Below are positions 24,001 to 35,115 of a stretch of DNA of 64,000 nt, piece by piece. The translations under genes were made by a program, and so were the position numbers. Position 1 is the stretch's first letter; the number at the start of each line of letters is the position of its first letter. The notes beneath the pieces were generated by a model that did not search any database, was not told the origin of the DNA, and worked only from the letters and a program-made list of their open reading frames with translations. Source of the DNA: Strigamia acuminata (taxonomy: Eukaryota); assembly GCA_949358305.1 (NCBI GenBank), contig OX442314.1, forward strand, positions 1,178,001-1,242,000, written 5' to 3'.

Positions 24001-24807
24001 ATCTTTACTTTTGAGCACGATCACTGGGACAGATGCATTGACCAAATAAATTTTGCTTTGCACTCTGCTCCAAATGTGTCTACCGGCTTTACACCAGCAA
24101 TGCTAACGTATGGCAGAGAAATTCGACCGTTTTGGGACAATCGAGACGTGTCTTATGACACCCCTTTCGACCCAAATAGGCCCTACGACGCTGTCAGAAT
24201 GCTAGTCGCTAGACACCGTACTCTGATTGCTGCAGCTCTAAAAAATAAGAGTCTAGCCCAAGCAAAACAGAAAACTTATTACGATCGACACCGCAGCGAC
24301 GATAAATTCGAAGTTGGAGATTTGGTTTTACTAAAGACCCACCCATTGTCCAATGCTGCTAATCGATATGCTGCGTCCCTTGAGGATCGCTTTGAAGGAC
24401 CATATGTAATTACTAAAGTCTTTAATAACAATGCGTATGCCCTTGCAACACCAATCACTTTGCAAGCGAGAGGCACATACAATATTGTAAAACTCAGGAG
24501 ATTCGTCCCCTCAGAAGAAAAGGCTCAATGGCCCATTTTAGATGAGGAAGATGAAGAAGTTCTTGAGAACCGACCTGTGAACACTGGAACAGCAACAATC
24601 TTGCCACCACCAGTGCGACCAACAGAATCTGGTATCGCAACCAAGTTGCCAACACCAGTAGAACTTTTGGGAAATCCAAAAAAGAAAAAGGCTTTGCCTC
24701 TGCCACGAGTGGATTCACACAAAACCACGGCAGCACAGTCAAAACCGAATTCGGATTCGAAAAGACCATCGAGAAATCATATTTTGCCGATACGATACAG
24801 AGATTGA
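21097..24807 (+). CDS. pol: Pol of Gypsy 2 (PR-RT-RH-IN), intact, reached by -1 frameshift
   Basis: LMDTGA, YLDD, HTDAS, ETDH, HHCC, SDNGPQF, GPY. Confidence 0.95.
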   Translation: MLIPMEEDMEDALFDDISSTEPDPRVVFSTEPEIDHVNVALKTGKSITPLPYIKATLNDLKVTALMDTGATHRYISGGMLKKLNLLHFMTPFLENRVVYTGDRPTRPIGTITLPLKWRGGELPVTFTVLPSASKFILLGCSWIIENKIVLNLTEREYFHIDFPHDTFPFDDPPSPEELGNAIMDRWDALVAESKSPVISTADLSQKLLAKSKLLPRQRFQISTLVKKYKHVFSDKAGCHPTLEHPIPTGDAPSFRCKDRPMNPKKAEIYRELVAELLRDGWAEPCEGSYKNPPVIVAKKDGGYRLCIDFRWLNKITIKDVYQMPSISMILACLGGKKFFSTLDLTKGYYQIKLKPSDKRKTAFSTSDGTYQFTRMPFGLCNAPSAFQRMMDQVLGTAQHKWALAYLDDIIIFSDSFEEHLQHLDDILSKLDKNKLTASPSKSFLCPEELNFLGFTMSNGSYSPNNDKVEAILKYPTPSSIKQLQRFIGMVGFYAALIPKLSITQKPFFALLKKDTKWEWSEECNVAFEYLKNQLAKGIMLPLPDFARNFTIHTDASGGGLGAVLMQIDDHGALRPVAYASRTLQGAENNYSTTDLECLAVVWAVDKFKPYIEYSEYQVETDHHALRFLMTMENPAGRLARWAMKLQNENFTIKYRKGTDNQVADALSRVSLDNGNPLEGKATLTEIIEPVALAYLTNEIDDSMSFENIILQQRADKHLSKLIEWLELDDGQPRPELPKFLEDRQYDCTLTRKGMLIIYAPFKTDFFVEEEDLGIGFKIFIPPSLQLAALQLIHDHPMAGHGGVEVTLERLKRIYFWPNMQKEVKLHVASCNRCQRCKPIQRKPKGLMVPTSPKIGRFEKIGIDLIGPLPRTPNRNRFILVVVDYATGWMEATPLRSAKMTAIAPILKRFFSCHGCPRFMLSDNGPQFISDVYQTLCDDAGVVPIKTTPYHPQTNLTERVNRNIKIMLRIFTFEHDHWDRCIDQINFALHSAPNVSTGFTPAMLTYGREIRPFWDNRDVSYDTPFDPNRPYDAVRMLVARHRTLIAAALKNKSLAQAKQKTYYDRHRSDDKFEVGDLVLLKTHPLSNAANRYAASLEDRFEGPYVITKVFNNNAYALATPITLQARGTYNIVKLRRFVPSEEKAQWPILDEEDEEVLENRPVNTGTATILPPPVRPTESGIATKLPTPVELLGNPKKKKALPLPRVDSHKTTAAQSKPNSDSKRPSRNHILPIRYRD

Positions 24808-25050
24808 CCACTAGGTGGACACCTCCGAATTCGAAATTCCTACGGACCAATCACGAGACGACAACATAGCGTTTCCGGTTTCGTACACGTTGCGTAAAAG
24901 ACGTTATTCTGCGGTACTTAAGAAGGAATCTTGGCAACATCAAATCATTCTCGTTCCAAGCAAGTGACTGTCCAGTTCGTCTCCTCCGCACGAATCCCGT
25001 CGATTTCCTGTTCCGTATATTTGATTTGATCAATTCATTTTTATTTTCCA

Positions 25051-26229
25051 ATGGAAGAATATCCAGCCGGCACTCGAGTCGTATGCCCAGTGTGTTTAGG
25101 AAGTTGCGTAACCGAACGCAACAACGGCGCGTTAACTCCGTGCGAAAACTGTCTTGGCGAAGGACATGTGGATCGCAACGAGCCTTTGGAACTCTGGTTC
25201 CGTCATTTTATGACGGTATCCGGACGCCCGATTCCAGTAAGAAACCGCGTGGTCGGTTGGATGCGAGTGCGTTCTCGTAGAGAAAGAAAGAAGTCAGAAA
25301 AGGCGTTTTACGCCAATTCCGGCGCCTCGACTTCGGCCCAATCGCCACGAACGGGATCAAATCCCAATTCCACGTCAAAAGCTGACGATACAACGACTGG
25401 ACGAGTTTCAAAAAGAGCGGTTTTACGCTTGAAACTAGCCGAATTTGCGGCGAATCGTTCGCAAACGTCGCAGACACCGAAAACTTCAACTTCGAGTTCG
25501 ACTAAAATCCTTCGACCACCGAAGAAAGTGACTGTAAAACAGTCATGTTCGACGGTGACAGAATCGAAAGCCAAACCACGCTCTGAGATTTCGGCGGCCC
25601 TCGTCGCAATGCGACTAAAGATCCGCGAACGAAATCCAAAGATGGCGGAAGAGACAGTAAACGCTTTAGCCAAAGAACGTCTCAAGTGGGAGAAGGTCGC
25701 TGATTATAAACAGCGACAAGCCGCCCTCGCCGTGAGCCAACGAGTGACCGCTACGGTTACGTCATGTACGCAAGCGGCGAAGAAATCAATCCCACCACCG
25801 TCGTGTACGATCGTCTCAAACGATACGAGCATGCCGACGGAATTCGTTTGTTCCTCGACTGTTTTACAGTCAATTCCAAATCCAGCGGTCATTATGCCGC
25901 CGATATTCGGCGAGAGACCAACGGACATTTCATTTCAGAATCTCCAGACCGCTCCGATGTCAATCGAAAATGGCGCGGCCGCCACCGAGACCGTCGCCGA
26001 AGCATCGAGTGCGATGGAAACCGAAGAATCGCATACGCCTCCGCCGCCTCTTCCACCACAATCGAAGGCAGAGAAGGCGGAGAAGAAGGCGGAAAAGAAA
26101 ACCAGATCCGCCGCGAAGCGAGAGCAAAAGACGCGTCGTAACCTGGCGAAGGAGCTGCCGTCGATAAAAGAGAACGAACGTGACGACGACGAGACGCCAC
26201 CGACGCCCGGCAAGACGCTACAGATATAG
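25051..26229 (+). CDS. ORF3 of Gypsy 2, unknown function; N-terminal CxxCxGx...CxxCxGxG zinc motif, basic and low-complexity remainder
   Basis: 392-aa ATG-initiated ORF between pol and PPT; no signal peptide or TM segment visible. Confidence 0.75.
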   Translation: MEEYPAGTRVVCPVCLGSCVTERNNGALTPCENCLGEGHVDRNEPLELWFRHFMTVSGRPIPVRNRVVGWMRVRSRRERKKSEKAFYANSGASTSAQSPRTGSNPNSTSKADDTTTGRVSKRAVLRLKLAEFAANRSQTSQTPKTSTSSSTKILRPPKKVTVKQSCSTVTESKAKPRSEISAALVAMRLKIRERNPKMAEETVNALAKERLKWEKVADYKQRQAALAVSQRVTATVTSCTQAAKKSIPPPSCTIVSNDTSMPTEFVCSSTVLQSIPNPAVIMPPIFGERPTDISFQNLQTAPMSIENGAAATETVAEASSAMETEESHTPPPPLPPQSKAEKAEKKAEKKTRSAAKREQKTRRNLAKELPSIKENERDDDETPPTPGKTLQI

Positions 26230-26713
26230 AAGAAGTGGCCAGTTTTTCTCAAAACTTTATAATGCCAATAGTGTTGATAGTTTTTACATTTTTTAAATGG
26301 TTTTTTCTCTATCAAAGTAATAATAATAGTCCTAACTTTTATTTTCAAAGCTACAAATGCATTTACTTACCTATTAGAATTAAATTAACTTAGATTTTAA
26401 TATTTTTCAAAGAATTTTTTATTCAAATGTGTTAAAAATTTACAAGTGTTATTTACAGTATTTATATTTCACGAATTGTATTTTGTCTTCATCCTGGGGG
26501 TAAGTGTGCGTTGTTTTCTCTGGTGTATTTTTCCCGATGTTACCTGCTGGTGATCCGTGGTCCAGTTGTCATCAACTCATCCGGTCATCTGGTTATCTGC
26601 AAAAAAGAAAAGTAATGATTAATTTTTAATTATGAAATTAACTTTCAAACAACCACTTTCGTGATTGTGTTGAGGTACCCCTCTCAGTACTTACCTTTTT
26701 TAGGGGGGGGAGA

Positions 26714-27336
26714 TGTGACCGGCTGCCCGCTCAGTCCGCTCACTTGCCTGCAACACACGGCGCTTCCACGGCTTTCGCGCACCTCGTGTGTTTCTCGCGC
26801 GCACCTGTTGCGGACCCCCGCACCAGGTGGAGCTGATGGTCGTTGGCCCGGCCAATTGGGAACCGGAAGTGCCCCTTCCGGAAGTGGTGGGCCCCGCAGA
26901 GGCCCAAGAGAGTTCTCTAACTTCCAGCATGGCGAACGGTCGCTTCCACGATCGCTCTTCCACGCTGGCGGCAATGACGAATCCAGTTGGCGTAGCGACT
27001 CTGTCGCCCGCCGGGACTTGATAGTCCACGTTCCCCATGTCCGTCCTGCGTTCTCCGTGAACGTAGCGGCGACATGGCTAAACGGTATTCCGACCACGTG
27101 TGTCATGGCGGCCATTGGCCGCCGTGCCACGCGGTCTTGTTAGGGACGGCTGTTCGCAGCCGTCGCATTGGGAAATGCACTGGGAGACACCACATCATAC
27201 CCCTAGACATCAATAAAGCTTACCTTAAACTAAACTTGTGTCTCTTGTGTATTTCGGAGTGAATTCTATCGTGTGTGTTGTGTCCAGCGCCTCGTGGCTC
27301 TCCCCCGACCACGTGGCGACCGTCCAAACACTCACA
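26714..27336 (+). repeat. 3' LTR of Gypsy 2
   Basis: Direct repeat of 16607-17229. Confidence 0.96.
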
Positions 27337-27718
27337 AAACTTTATCACTTTTCAGCTTGATCAGCGTCATCACTTCCTTCAAGTTACATACAAGTAGATT
27401 ACAGAGCAATTCCATTAGCAATTCATGTCTCTTCTTGAGTAAACAAAGCCGATGTTAAACAATTAAAATTGCTATACCAATCGCCATTTTTGGTCGTTTC
27501 TTTTTTATTGTTTCGTTCGGTGTCTGGTTTTTCTTATGCCGAAGCAAAATGGCTGATTTGGACGACCGGACGGGTCATTCCCCGCTTATTGTTTGTTTAA
27601 CATTTCGAGGTTTGTTTATCTGTTGCTGCAGTAACTATTGTTGGAAATTAAAAAAATCAAAATATCTAAACGAATCAAACCAAAATTTTCCGTCGGAATA
27701 TCACCAGCGGGATCTAAA

Positions 27719-29109
27719 ATGCAGACATTAGCAGACATGGCGATTGAAATTCTTTTTAGGTGTCTCATTCAATGGAACGTAGAAGATAATTTTGACGTTA
27801 AAATGAAAGAGACGATGGGATTAATCGCTTATTTCGATGCACTACGTAAGCGACACACGGATGTGTTAAATTTATTTCGTAATTAAAATTGTCAATACAC
27901 ACGGTTCTGTTTAGCCCATACTGTTCGTGACAAAGTGTTGAACAGCTTCGATGATGATCGGTTTTATCACAGTTATCGCGGGTTAGAGGCGTGGGACATT
28001 GCTCCATTTTTATACGAGCAGCAGAAAAGTCTTAAGTTGCGACTTACAAGTCGGAATTTTGATTTGGAATTTTTATTTAAAGTTTGTGGCTACAAATTAA
28101 AAGTAAGTATTAAGATTGTTATATCGCGATTCGTTCTAATGAGATTCGACTGTACAATTTTACAACTCGTCATTGCCGTGTGCGACATCCTTACAAAGAT
28201 TTGTTTACAATTCTTTTAATTGTATCTACCGCATAGAATCTGACGAGGTTAGAATTACCTTACCTGAACAATTCTCCACTGACGGCCAACTTCGTCGAAC
28301 AATTCCGCCACATCACGCCAAATCTACGCACACTACATTTGTTCGGTAAAATTGAAGACGCCGCGATCGTGTACATCGTCCAGCTGCCGCTCGTCGAACT
28401 CGCTGTTTATGACTCGGCGAACTTGGAGTGGATAACTAAAGTGTGCGAAGTAGACTCCGCTCTCAGGAAAACGTTGCGAGTGTTCCGGTTGATGATGGGC
28501 TACTTCCATTGGTACAATTTTGAATTGACCATTCCCAAAATTCTGCGCAGTTTGTCGAGATTTAAGGAGTTGCGCTCCTTGCACCTCATGATTTTGGATT
28601 CGGTCTCGCACATAATGGAGAGAAACGAGCTGTTTTATCGCGATCGTTTGCGCGGTTTGCGTTTTGATAGTTTGCTGGAATTTTCCCTGTTCGATTACGA
28701 CGGTCACTGGAATTCTTACGGTTTATTTTTCATGGTGTTGGATGTGTGTCCGAATTTGGAGAAACTCGTTCTTGCTAATATCCACGGTTTTAGCGATAAA
28801 ATTGCGGGTGAGTTGGCTCAAATGATGGCGAAGAGGAAACTCAAACATCTGGAAATTAGTGAGTGCAATTTTTTGGGGCCGGCCGCCATTGAGGAATTGA
28901 TGAAAATCGAGTGTCTGGTTAAGTTGGAGGTGACATTACGAGTTGATGAGATCAGAAGAGAGCCTTTCGACGTTGTAAAGATGCAGCAAACGGCTGAAAG
29001 ACACGGTGTCAATTTGCAGCTCGGGTTTCTTCCTTGGGACGTGGAGTACAATCGGTACAAGAAGCTCAACGAGTTTAAACTTCACGATTTTTTTTGTAGT
29101 GAAAAATAA
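27719..29109 (+). CDS. LRR-like protein, family copy A (spliced; first intron boundaries uncertain; last exon ~28238-29109)
   Basis: MQTLADMAIEILFR; FDLEFLFKVCGYKLK|gtaag; cysteine-containing LRR-like CPNLEKLVL, KLKHLEISECNFL. Confidence 0.65.
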
Positions 29110-29645
29110 AAAGTAAATATCACATGTCGAACAAGTGTCGTATGTAGATCCGGAACAAACCTTTTTATGAATTTTCTGAGCAATCAAATAGAAATCAATA
29201 TTTCTCATATTTATTTTCAACAAATGGAACTCTAAAGAAATTTTGCATTTATTCAACAGGTGGAGCCACTGTGGCATACCTGGTGGCAGTTGAATTAAAC
29301 GTTCAAAAATGATGCTGCAAAATGGACGACGTTCAAATGAAAAACATTGTTTCGATAAACTAAGTAAGTGAAACCCGGATTTGTGGTGAGAATAAATCAT
29401 TTCCTCACTCGACAGTAATAATTGTTGTTTTTGGTTGTTCTTGCTGTTTGTTGTTATTTTTCTATCTGTTGTAGCTGTTGCGTATCTACTTAGTTACAAA
29501 TTTATAGTATTGTTGCTACTTAGCAACCAAAAGAATGTAGACATAAATAAAGATATTGCTGAGCTGTACGAGCAGCGGCTCTTGTTATTTTCGGAATTTA
29601 AATCTGCCGAGTTTATAACCATTGAAGGAAATTTAGAAAATCAAA

Positions 29646-32428
29646 ATGGTGGTGAAATCATTATCAAACTTGGCTATTAAAATTCTTTTCCGGGCTATTG
29701 TTCAACGGCCGGTTGAAGAAATGGAGGACGATCGAATGAGAACCACGGTGGAATTAATGAATTACTTCAATCAAGTCATTGCTGAATGGGATCGCGGAAA
29801 TTTGATTGTAAATTTTTTTTTTTATTTGATAAATTTGTTGTTCCGGTTTTTCAGTACTGAATCTTGTCAAAGTCCAGCCGTGGATAAACTGGGTGAGTGT
29901 CACTCGGATTTGTGCATTGATTTCGCAATTATTAATGTGAAATTATTTGATTTAGCTCTTCGTAAAGAAATGCTAGAGAAGTTGAATGACGAGGAGTTTT
30001 GGGACTCAAGTGTTCGCGAGCCAGACGCGTGGGATGTTGCTCTATTTGTACACGAAGAGCAGACAGAACTGCAGTTGTGGTATATGAGTCCAAATTTTGA
30101 TTTGGAATTTTTGTTTCGAGTTTGTGGCTACAAGTTGAAAGTGAGTGGACAAAGTGAACTAAATCAGCATACAAAAATTTTATTTTCAAGCAGAAAATGC
30201 ACTCTCAAGCAAAAAAAAATGCATTTTCAAGCAAAATAATACATTTTCAAGCAAAACAATGCATTTTCAAGCAAAATAATGCATTTTCAATAAAAAATAC
30301 TGCATTTTTAACCAAAATAATGCATTTTCAAGCAAATTAATGCATTTTCAAGCGAAATAATGCATTTTTAAGCAAAATAAAGCATTTTCAAACAAAATAA
30401 TGCATTTTTAAGCAAAATAATGCATTTTTAAGCAAAATAATGTATTCTCAAGCAGAAATGTGCATGTAGAAGTGCAAACGTTGCACTTCAAGCTGCAAAA
30501 ATGGCATCTTGAGCAGGGGCGGATTTACATACGGGCTAATGGGGCTTGAGTCCCGGGCCCCCAAATTCTAGGGGGCCCCCAGGACGCAGGGCCATGTAGC
30601 AAAAAAAAAAAAAAAAGAAGGTCGCTAAAAAACAAAAAAGAAGGTTGCTATTAAAATTTGGCCGAGGATATTCTTACGTACGTACGTGAGAATAACGTTT
30701 GCCCGACGAGCCGCTATTCTTACGTACATACGTACGTACGTACGAAAGGGCAAAGATGAAACCCACCAGCATATTTGCCCCTCAAAAAAAAACAAAATGA
30801 ATGCATGAAACAAACACAAAATGAATGCATGAAACAAATAAAAGGAACAGGAACGCCAAACAAAATTCTTGCAGAACAATGCGCGACACGACACGTGTAG
30901 GTGGTATACGTAAGAATAATGATCCCCCCTGGCGGCCCGCAATGTACGTAGGAATAGCCATACGTTATTCTTACGTACGTACGTACGAATATACAGTTTT
31001 TCAGGGGCCGAGAATGGGCTTCCCTGCAATTTACCGTTTGTACGTAAGAATAGCCACGGCGTTAAAATTTTCGATAAAGGGGCCCCGAAAAAACCTCAAG
31101 CCCCGGGCCCCCGAAAAGCTAGATCCGCCCCTGATCTTGAGGTGTAAAAATAGCATCTTTCCGTGTGGAAGTAGCATCTTAATGTGCAGAACTTGCATTT
31201 TCTAAAAACTGCTTTATTGGATAAAATAATATTTTGTACATGAAAAATTTGCATGCACACTAATGTAAAATCCAAAAGACATGCACTTACAACATGCTTT
31301 TGTTATGTGCGGCATTCTTAAAAAAAATTGTTTTAATTCTACTAATTGCATTTATCCGCACAGAATCTAACGGTGTTAGAACTGCCCGAAAATTTTACGC
31401 TGACAGCCAATGCCTGCAAACAAATGTGTCAGTGTTTACCATATTTAGAGAAACTAGATTTGTCTCACATCTTTGTTGAAGACGACGCGGCGACATACAT
31501 CACCCAGATGCCACTCGTCGAACTTCACGCTTGGGAAAGCACCGAAGATTTTGTGCGCAAACTGTGCGCAGAACGCTCCACACTGAGCAAAACGTTGGAA
31601 GTGTTCATGTTGAGCCGTGAACTTTCAATGGACTGCTACTGCTTGATATTAAACACGATGAAATACATCGAACACTTGGACACTAACGATTCCAGGTGGC
31701 TCAAAGCGCTGCTGCCGATCGGCGCGCCACCGCAGCGATACAATCTGACAAGATTGGTGTTTCAGGGCGACGCCATTCAGGAAGAGCTGGAAATTGCCGT
31801 GCTCACTTGTCCGAAAGTTTACGATATTGAAATTGCTCCGAATATTTTCACCTTAAAAATGCTGCACACACTGACGAAATTCAAGCAGTTGCGCAGGTTG
31901 TACTTCAACATGTTTAACGACTCGGACGTGATAATGGCGGAGGAAAATGACTCGTTCGATCGAGTTTGTGTGCCCGATTTGCGGTTTAAGAATTTGGTGC
32001 AATTTACCCTGTCCGATCCCGACGATCGTTGGATTACATCTGGTTTTTGGATCGAGTTGTTGGGCTTGTTTCCCGAATTGGAGGAATTCTCTTTTTTGAC
32101 TTGCCCCGGATTCAGTAACAAAACTGCGCAAGAGTTGGCCGCCGTGATGGCGAAGAAAGTCAAACGTTTGGAATTTCGAGAATGCGATTTGCTGGGGCCG
32201 CCGGGGGTTGAAGAGCTGTTAAAAATCGATTCTCTGGTGGAGTTGAGTGTGAGTTTGCACATTAATGACACAAGAAAACAACATTTTGATGTTGGTGCGT
32301 TGCAGCTAATGGCTGAAGAACACGGCGTTAACTTAAAGTTATATTTACGAGACCCGTTCGATGTGATAGTTGCAAATATGATGGCTGAACATGATGGTGG
32401 CAATGATGCCGACAATGATGGCGACTAA
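29646..32428 (+). CDS. LRR-like protein, family copy B (last exon 31364-32428)
   Basis: MVVKSLSNLAIKILFR; FDLEFLFRVCGYKLK|gtgag at ~30141; acceptor ccgcacag|AATCTAACG; LPYLEKLDLS, FPELEEFSF. Confidence 0.7.
30185..30460. repeat. Intronic ~20-bp minisatellite (AATGCATTTTCAAGCAAAAT)n
   Basis: About 13 degenerate units read directly. Confidence 0.9.
30514..31133. mobile_element. Non-autonomous hAT-like MITE
   Basis: TIRs CAGGGGCGGAT / ATCCGCCCCTG; 8-bp TSD ATCTTGAG at 30506-30513 and 31134-31141; internal TACGTACG motifs. Confidence 0.9.
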
Positions 32429-33129
32429 CGAGTTGTCAGAGGCTGCGTGTCTACATTAATTCGATTTGTTTGTATTCAAAAATTAAATGTCAATATGCCA
32501 TGTCGAACAAGTGTCGTATGTTGATCTGGAACGAACGTTTTTGTATGGATTTTGTCTGAAATTAAATAGTTTTGATGCAGAAATCAACATTTATCATTTA
32601 TTTTCAACAAATGGAACTATAAAGATAATTTTGCATTTATTCAACAGATGGAGCCACTGTGGCAAACCTGGTGGCAGTTTAATGAGTTTCAGCATTTTCT
32701 GCATCAGAAATTAAACATTCCATAATGGTGCTGCAAAATAAAAATGTTTGTTGGATATAATAGACCCTTTGTTCACCCGTTGTTGCAGTAACTATTTTTG
32801 AAAATTATAACAGAAGCAGAAATTTAGAAAATAAAAATTTCTAAGCATCAAGTTCAGAAACTACAAAAAGAGACGAAACCAAGCAAAAAAATTTAAATAT
32901 TAAATTTGTCTGGAATTTATTGCGCAAGAATCTAACACGCAACTAGTCACTCTCTTGTCTGGAGTTGTACTGTGTCGGTTGTGGCCGTTTGACCACAGTC
33001 CGACACCTTGCAGAATCTTCTGTCCTGTTTAGCTGTAATTTAGGACGCAGCTCCAACAATCCGCCATTGCAGCTGCTGAGGATCATCCTCGTAATGTCGC
33101 CAGTGCCAACTGGTGGCAGCCAGTTGGTC

Positions 33130-33260
33130 GCAGACATTAACAGATGTGGCTATTCAAATTTGTATTAGGTGTTTGATTAAATGCAATGTTGAAGAAATGG
33201 ACGACGTTCAAATGAAATACTAAGTGCAATTAATTGCTTCTTTCGATAAACTTCGTAAGT
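33130..33260 (+). pseudogene. LRR-family first-exon remnant lacking its start codon
   Basis: QTLTDVAIQICIRCLIKCNVEEMDDVQMK resembles the copy A N-terminus. Confidence 0.65.
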
Positions 33261-33659
33261 GAAACATTCCTCGCTCGACAGTAATGACAGCGATGACAGC
33301 AGCGATGATAGCGATATTAGTGACTAAAGGAGTTGTCAGATTTAGGCTGTGTCTGCATTAAATCGATTTTATTTGTATTCAGATATAAAGAGTTAATATG
33401 GCATGTCAATAATTGTTGTGTTTGGTTGTTCTTGCTGTTTGTTGTTATTTTTCTACTTAATTTCGTTTATTGTTCTTTCGTTTATCTGTTATGTTGTAGC
33501 TGTTGTGTATCTACGTTACAAATTTATAGTATTGTTGCTACTCAGCAACCAAAACAATGTAGCCAAAATGAACACATCGCTGAGCTGTTCGAGCAGCGGC
33601 TCTTGTTATTTTCGGAATTTAAATCTGCCGAGTTGATGAAGAAAATTTAGAAAATTAAA

Positions 33660-34080
33660 ATGGAGCCGCAGTTTTTGTCAGACATGGCTAATAAAAGTCT
33701 TTATCGGTGTATTATTCAACGGCCGGTTGATGAAATCGAGGACGATCGAATGAAAACCACATTGGAATTAATGGATTACTTCGATAAAATCATTGCTGAG
33801 TGAGATAGCAAAAATTTCATTGTAATTATTTTTTTTTTATTTTATAAATTTTTTATCCAGGTTCAGTATTTTATGTCAAAGACCAGCCGAGAAGAAACTG
33901 CGTAAAAGAATGCTGGTGAGGTTGTGTTACAAGAAGTTTTGGGACGAAAGTGTTCGCGATCCAGACGCGTGGGATGTTGCTCTGTTTGTACACGAAGAGC
34001 AACATGAACTACTGTTGTGGCCTATGAGTCCAAAGTTTGATTTGGAATTTTTGTTTCGAGTTTGTGGCCACAAGTTGAAA
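33660..34080 (+). pseudogene. LRR-family copy C, 5' exons only
   Basis: MEPQFLSDMANKSLYR...; DAWDVALFVHEEQ...FLFRVCGHKLK|gtgag; no LRR exon found downstream on either side of the BEL insertion. Confidence 0.7.
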
Positions 34081-34330
34081 GTGAGTGGACAAAAAGTACT
34101 AAATCCACACAAAATTTATTTCTGCTCGATAAAAACAACAAACATTACATAAAATAAGTACAATTATAAACGAGCAAAAAAATGCACTAAAACATGTATT
34201 TTTGTTATCAAGCCAAATAAAAAGGAAGAACAACAAAATGTGATTAAACATGAAGAAAAACGACAAAATGTGATTAAACTTAAGAGAAATGGCAATATGT
34301 GATTCAGATCAAGACAAATGGAAAAATTTA

Positions 34331-34466
34331 TTAACAAAGGGAAAAATGAGAAAATCTTTTTTTTTAAATAATTAAACACAAAATGACATTTTGTGTTTAA
34401 TTATTTAAAAAAAAAGATTTTCTCATTTTTCCCTTTGTTAAGTTACATTTTGAAAATGTAACTTAA
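34331..34466. repeat. Two adjoining perfect palindromes (55-bp and 14-bp arms, 1-nt loops)
   Basis: 34331-34385 is the reverse complement of 34387-34441; 34438-34451 of 34453-34466. Confidence 0.9.
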
Positions 34467-34683
34467 AAAAACTTAAAAACACATAACTTGGAATAAACAA
34501 AAATAATTAATTTTGTTTAATGGGCTTGAACAATTTTCCAGATTTGCATGCACAGTCGACTATTTCAGTCACAAATGTAAGTATTCTTAAGTATTTTATA
34601 CAGGTTTTAAACGTTTTCAACCACTTTTTAAAAATGGATACAGGCGAGAACAATATTACGGAGTACAATTTAACAGATCTATG

Positions 34684-35115
34684 TGTGAAATCACACTCTT
34701 AATTTTGACTAAAAGTCCTTGGTTTGAAATGTAAATGTGTAGATGAAAATAAACGGAGACCTTCTCTTGAGTTGTTAAAAAGAACACTGGTGATTTTATT
34801 CTTAGACTAGAGAAAAAGGGGGGAAAAGGGTATGTGGAGCTCTCTGATTGGAGAGCGGAATTAATTGACCTCAATTAGCTGGTTCCAAGAAAGGTCAAGT
34901 GGAAGTTTAAGAAGTGAAGTTATAGGGTGAGAAGGTGGGGATTATAATTAAGTAAATAGGTGAAGTTTAAAGTGGAGATAAATGCAAATAATAAACACCA
35001 GATAAAATACAAAATGACAAAATGTTAAAATTGAACTTGCATGAATTAAATGGTAATAAAATGACAAATTGAACAACAATAAAACAATACATGAGTAAAA
35101 CCCTCGGTTTTCACA
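34684..35115 (-). repeat. 3' LTR of BEL/Pao element
   Basis: Direct repeat of 55899-56331. Confidence 0.95.

Larger units (their letters stand above)
16607..27336 (+). mobile_element. Complete Ty3/Gypsy LTR retrotransposon 2 (10.7 kb, potentially active)
   Basis: 623-bp LTRs with no mismatch seen; AAAC TSD (16603-16606, 27337-27340); tRNA-Pro-like PBS TGTGGGCCCGTCCTGGAT at ~17232; PPT AGGGGGGGGAGA at 26702-26713; intact gag and pol. Confidence 0.96.

Noticed and set aside
25051..26229. ORF3 as an envelope gene
   Set aside because: No signal peptide or transmembrane helix visible
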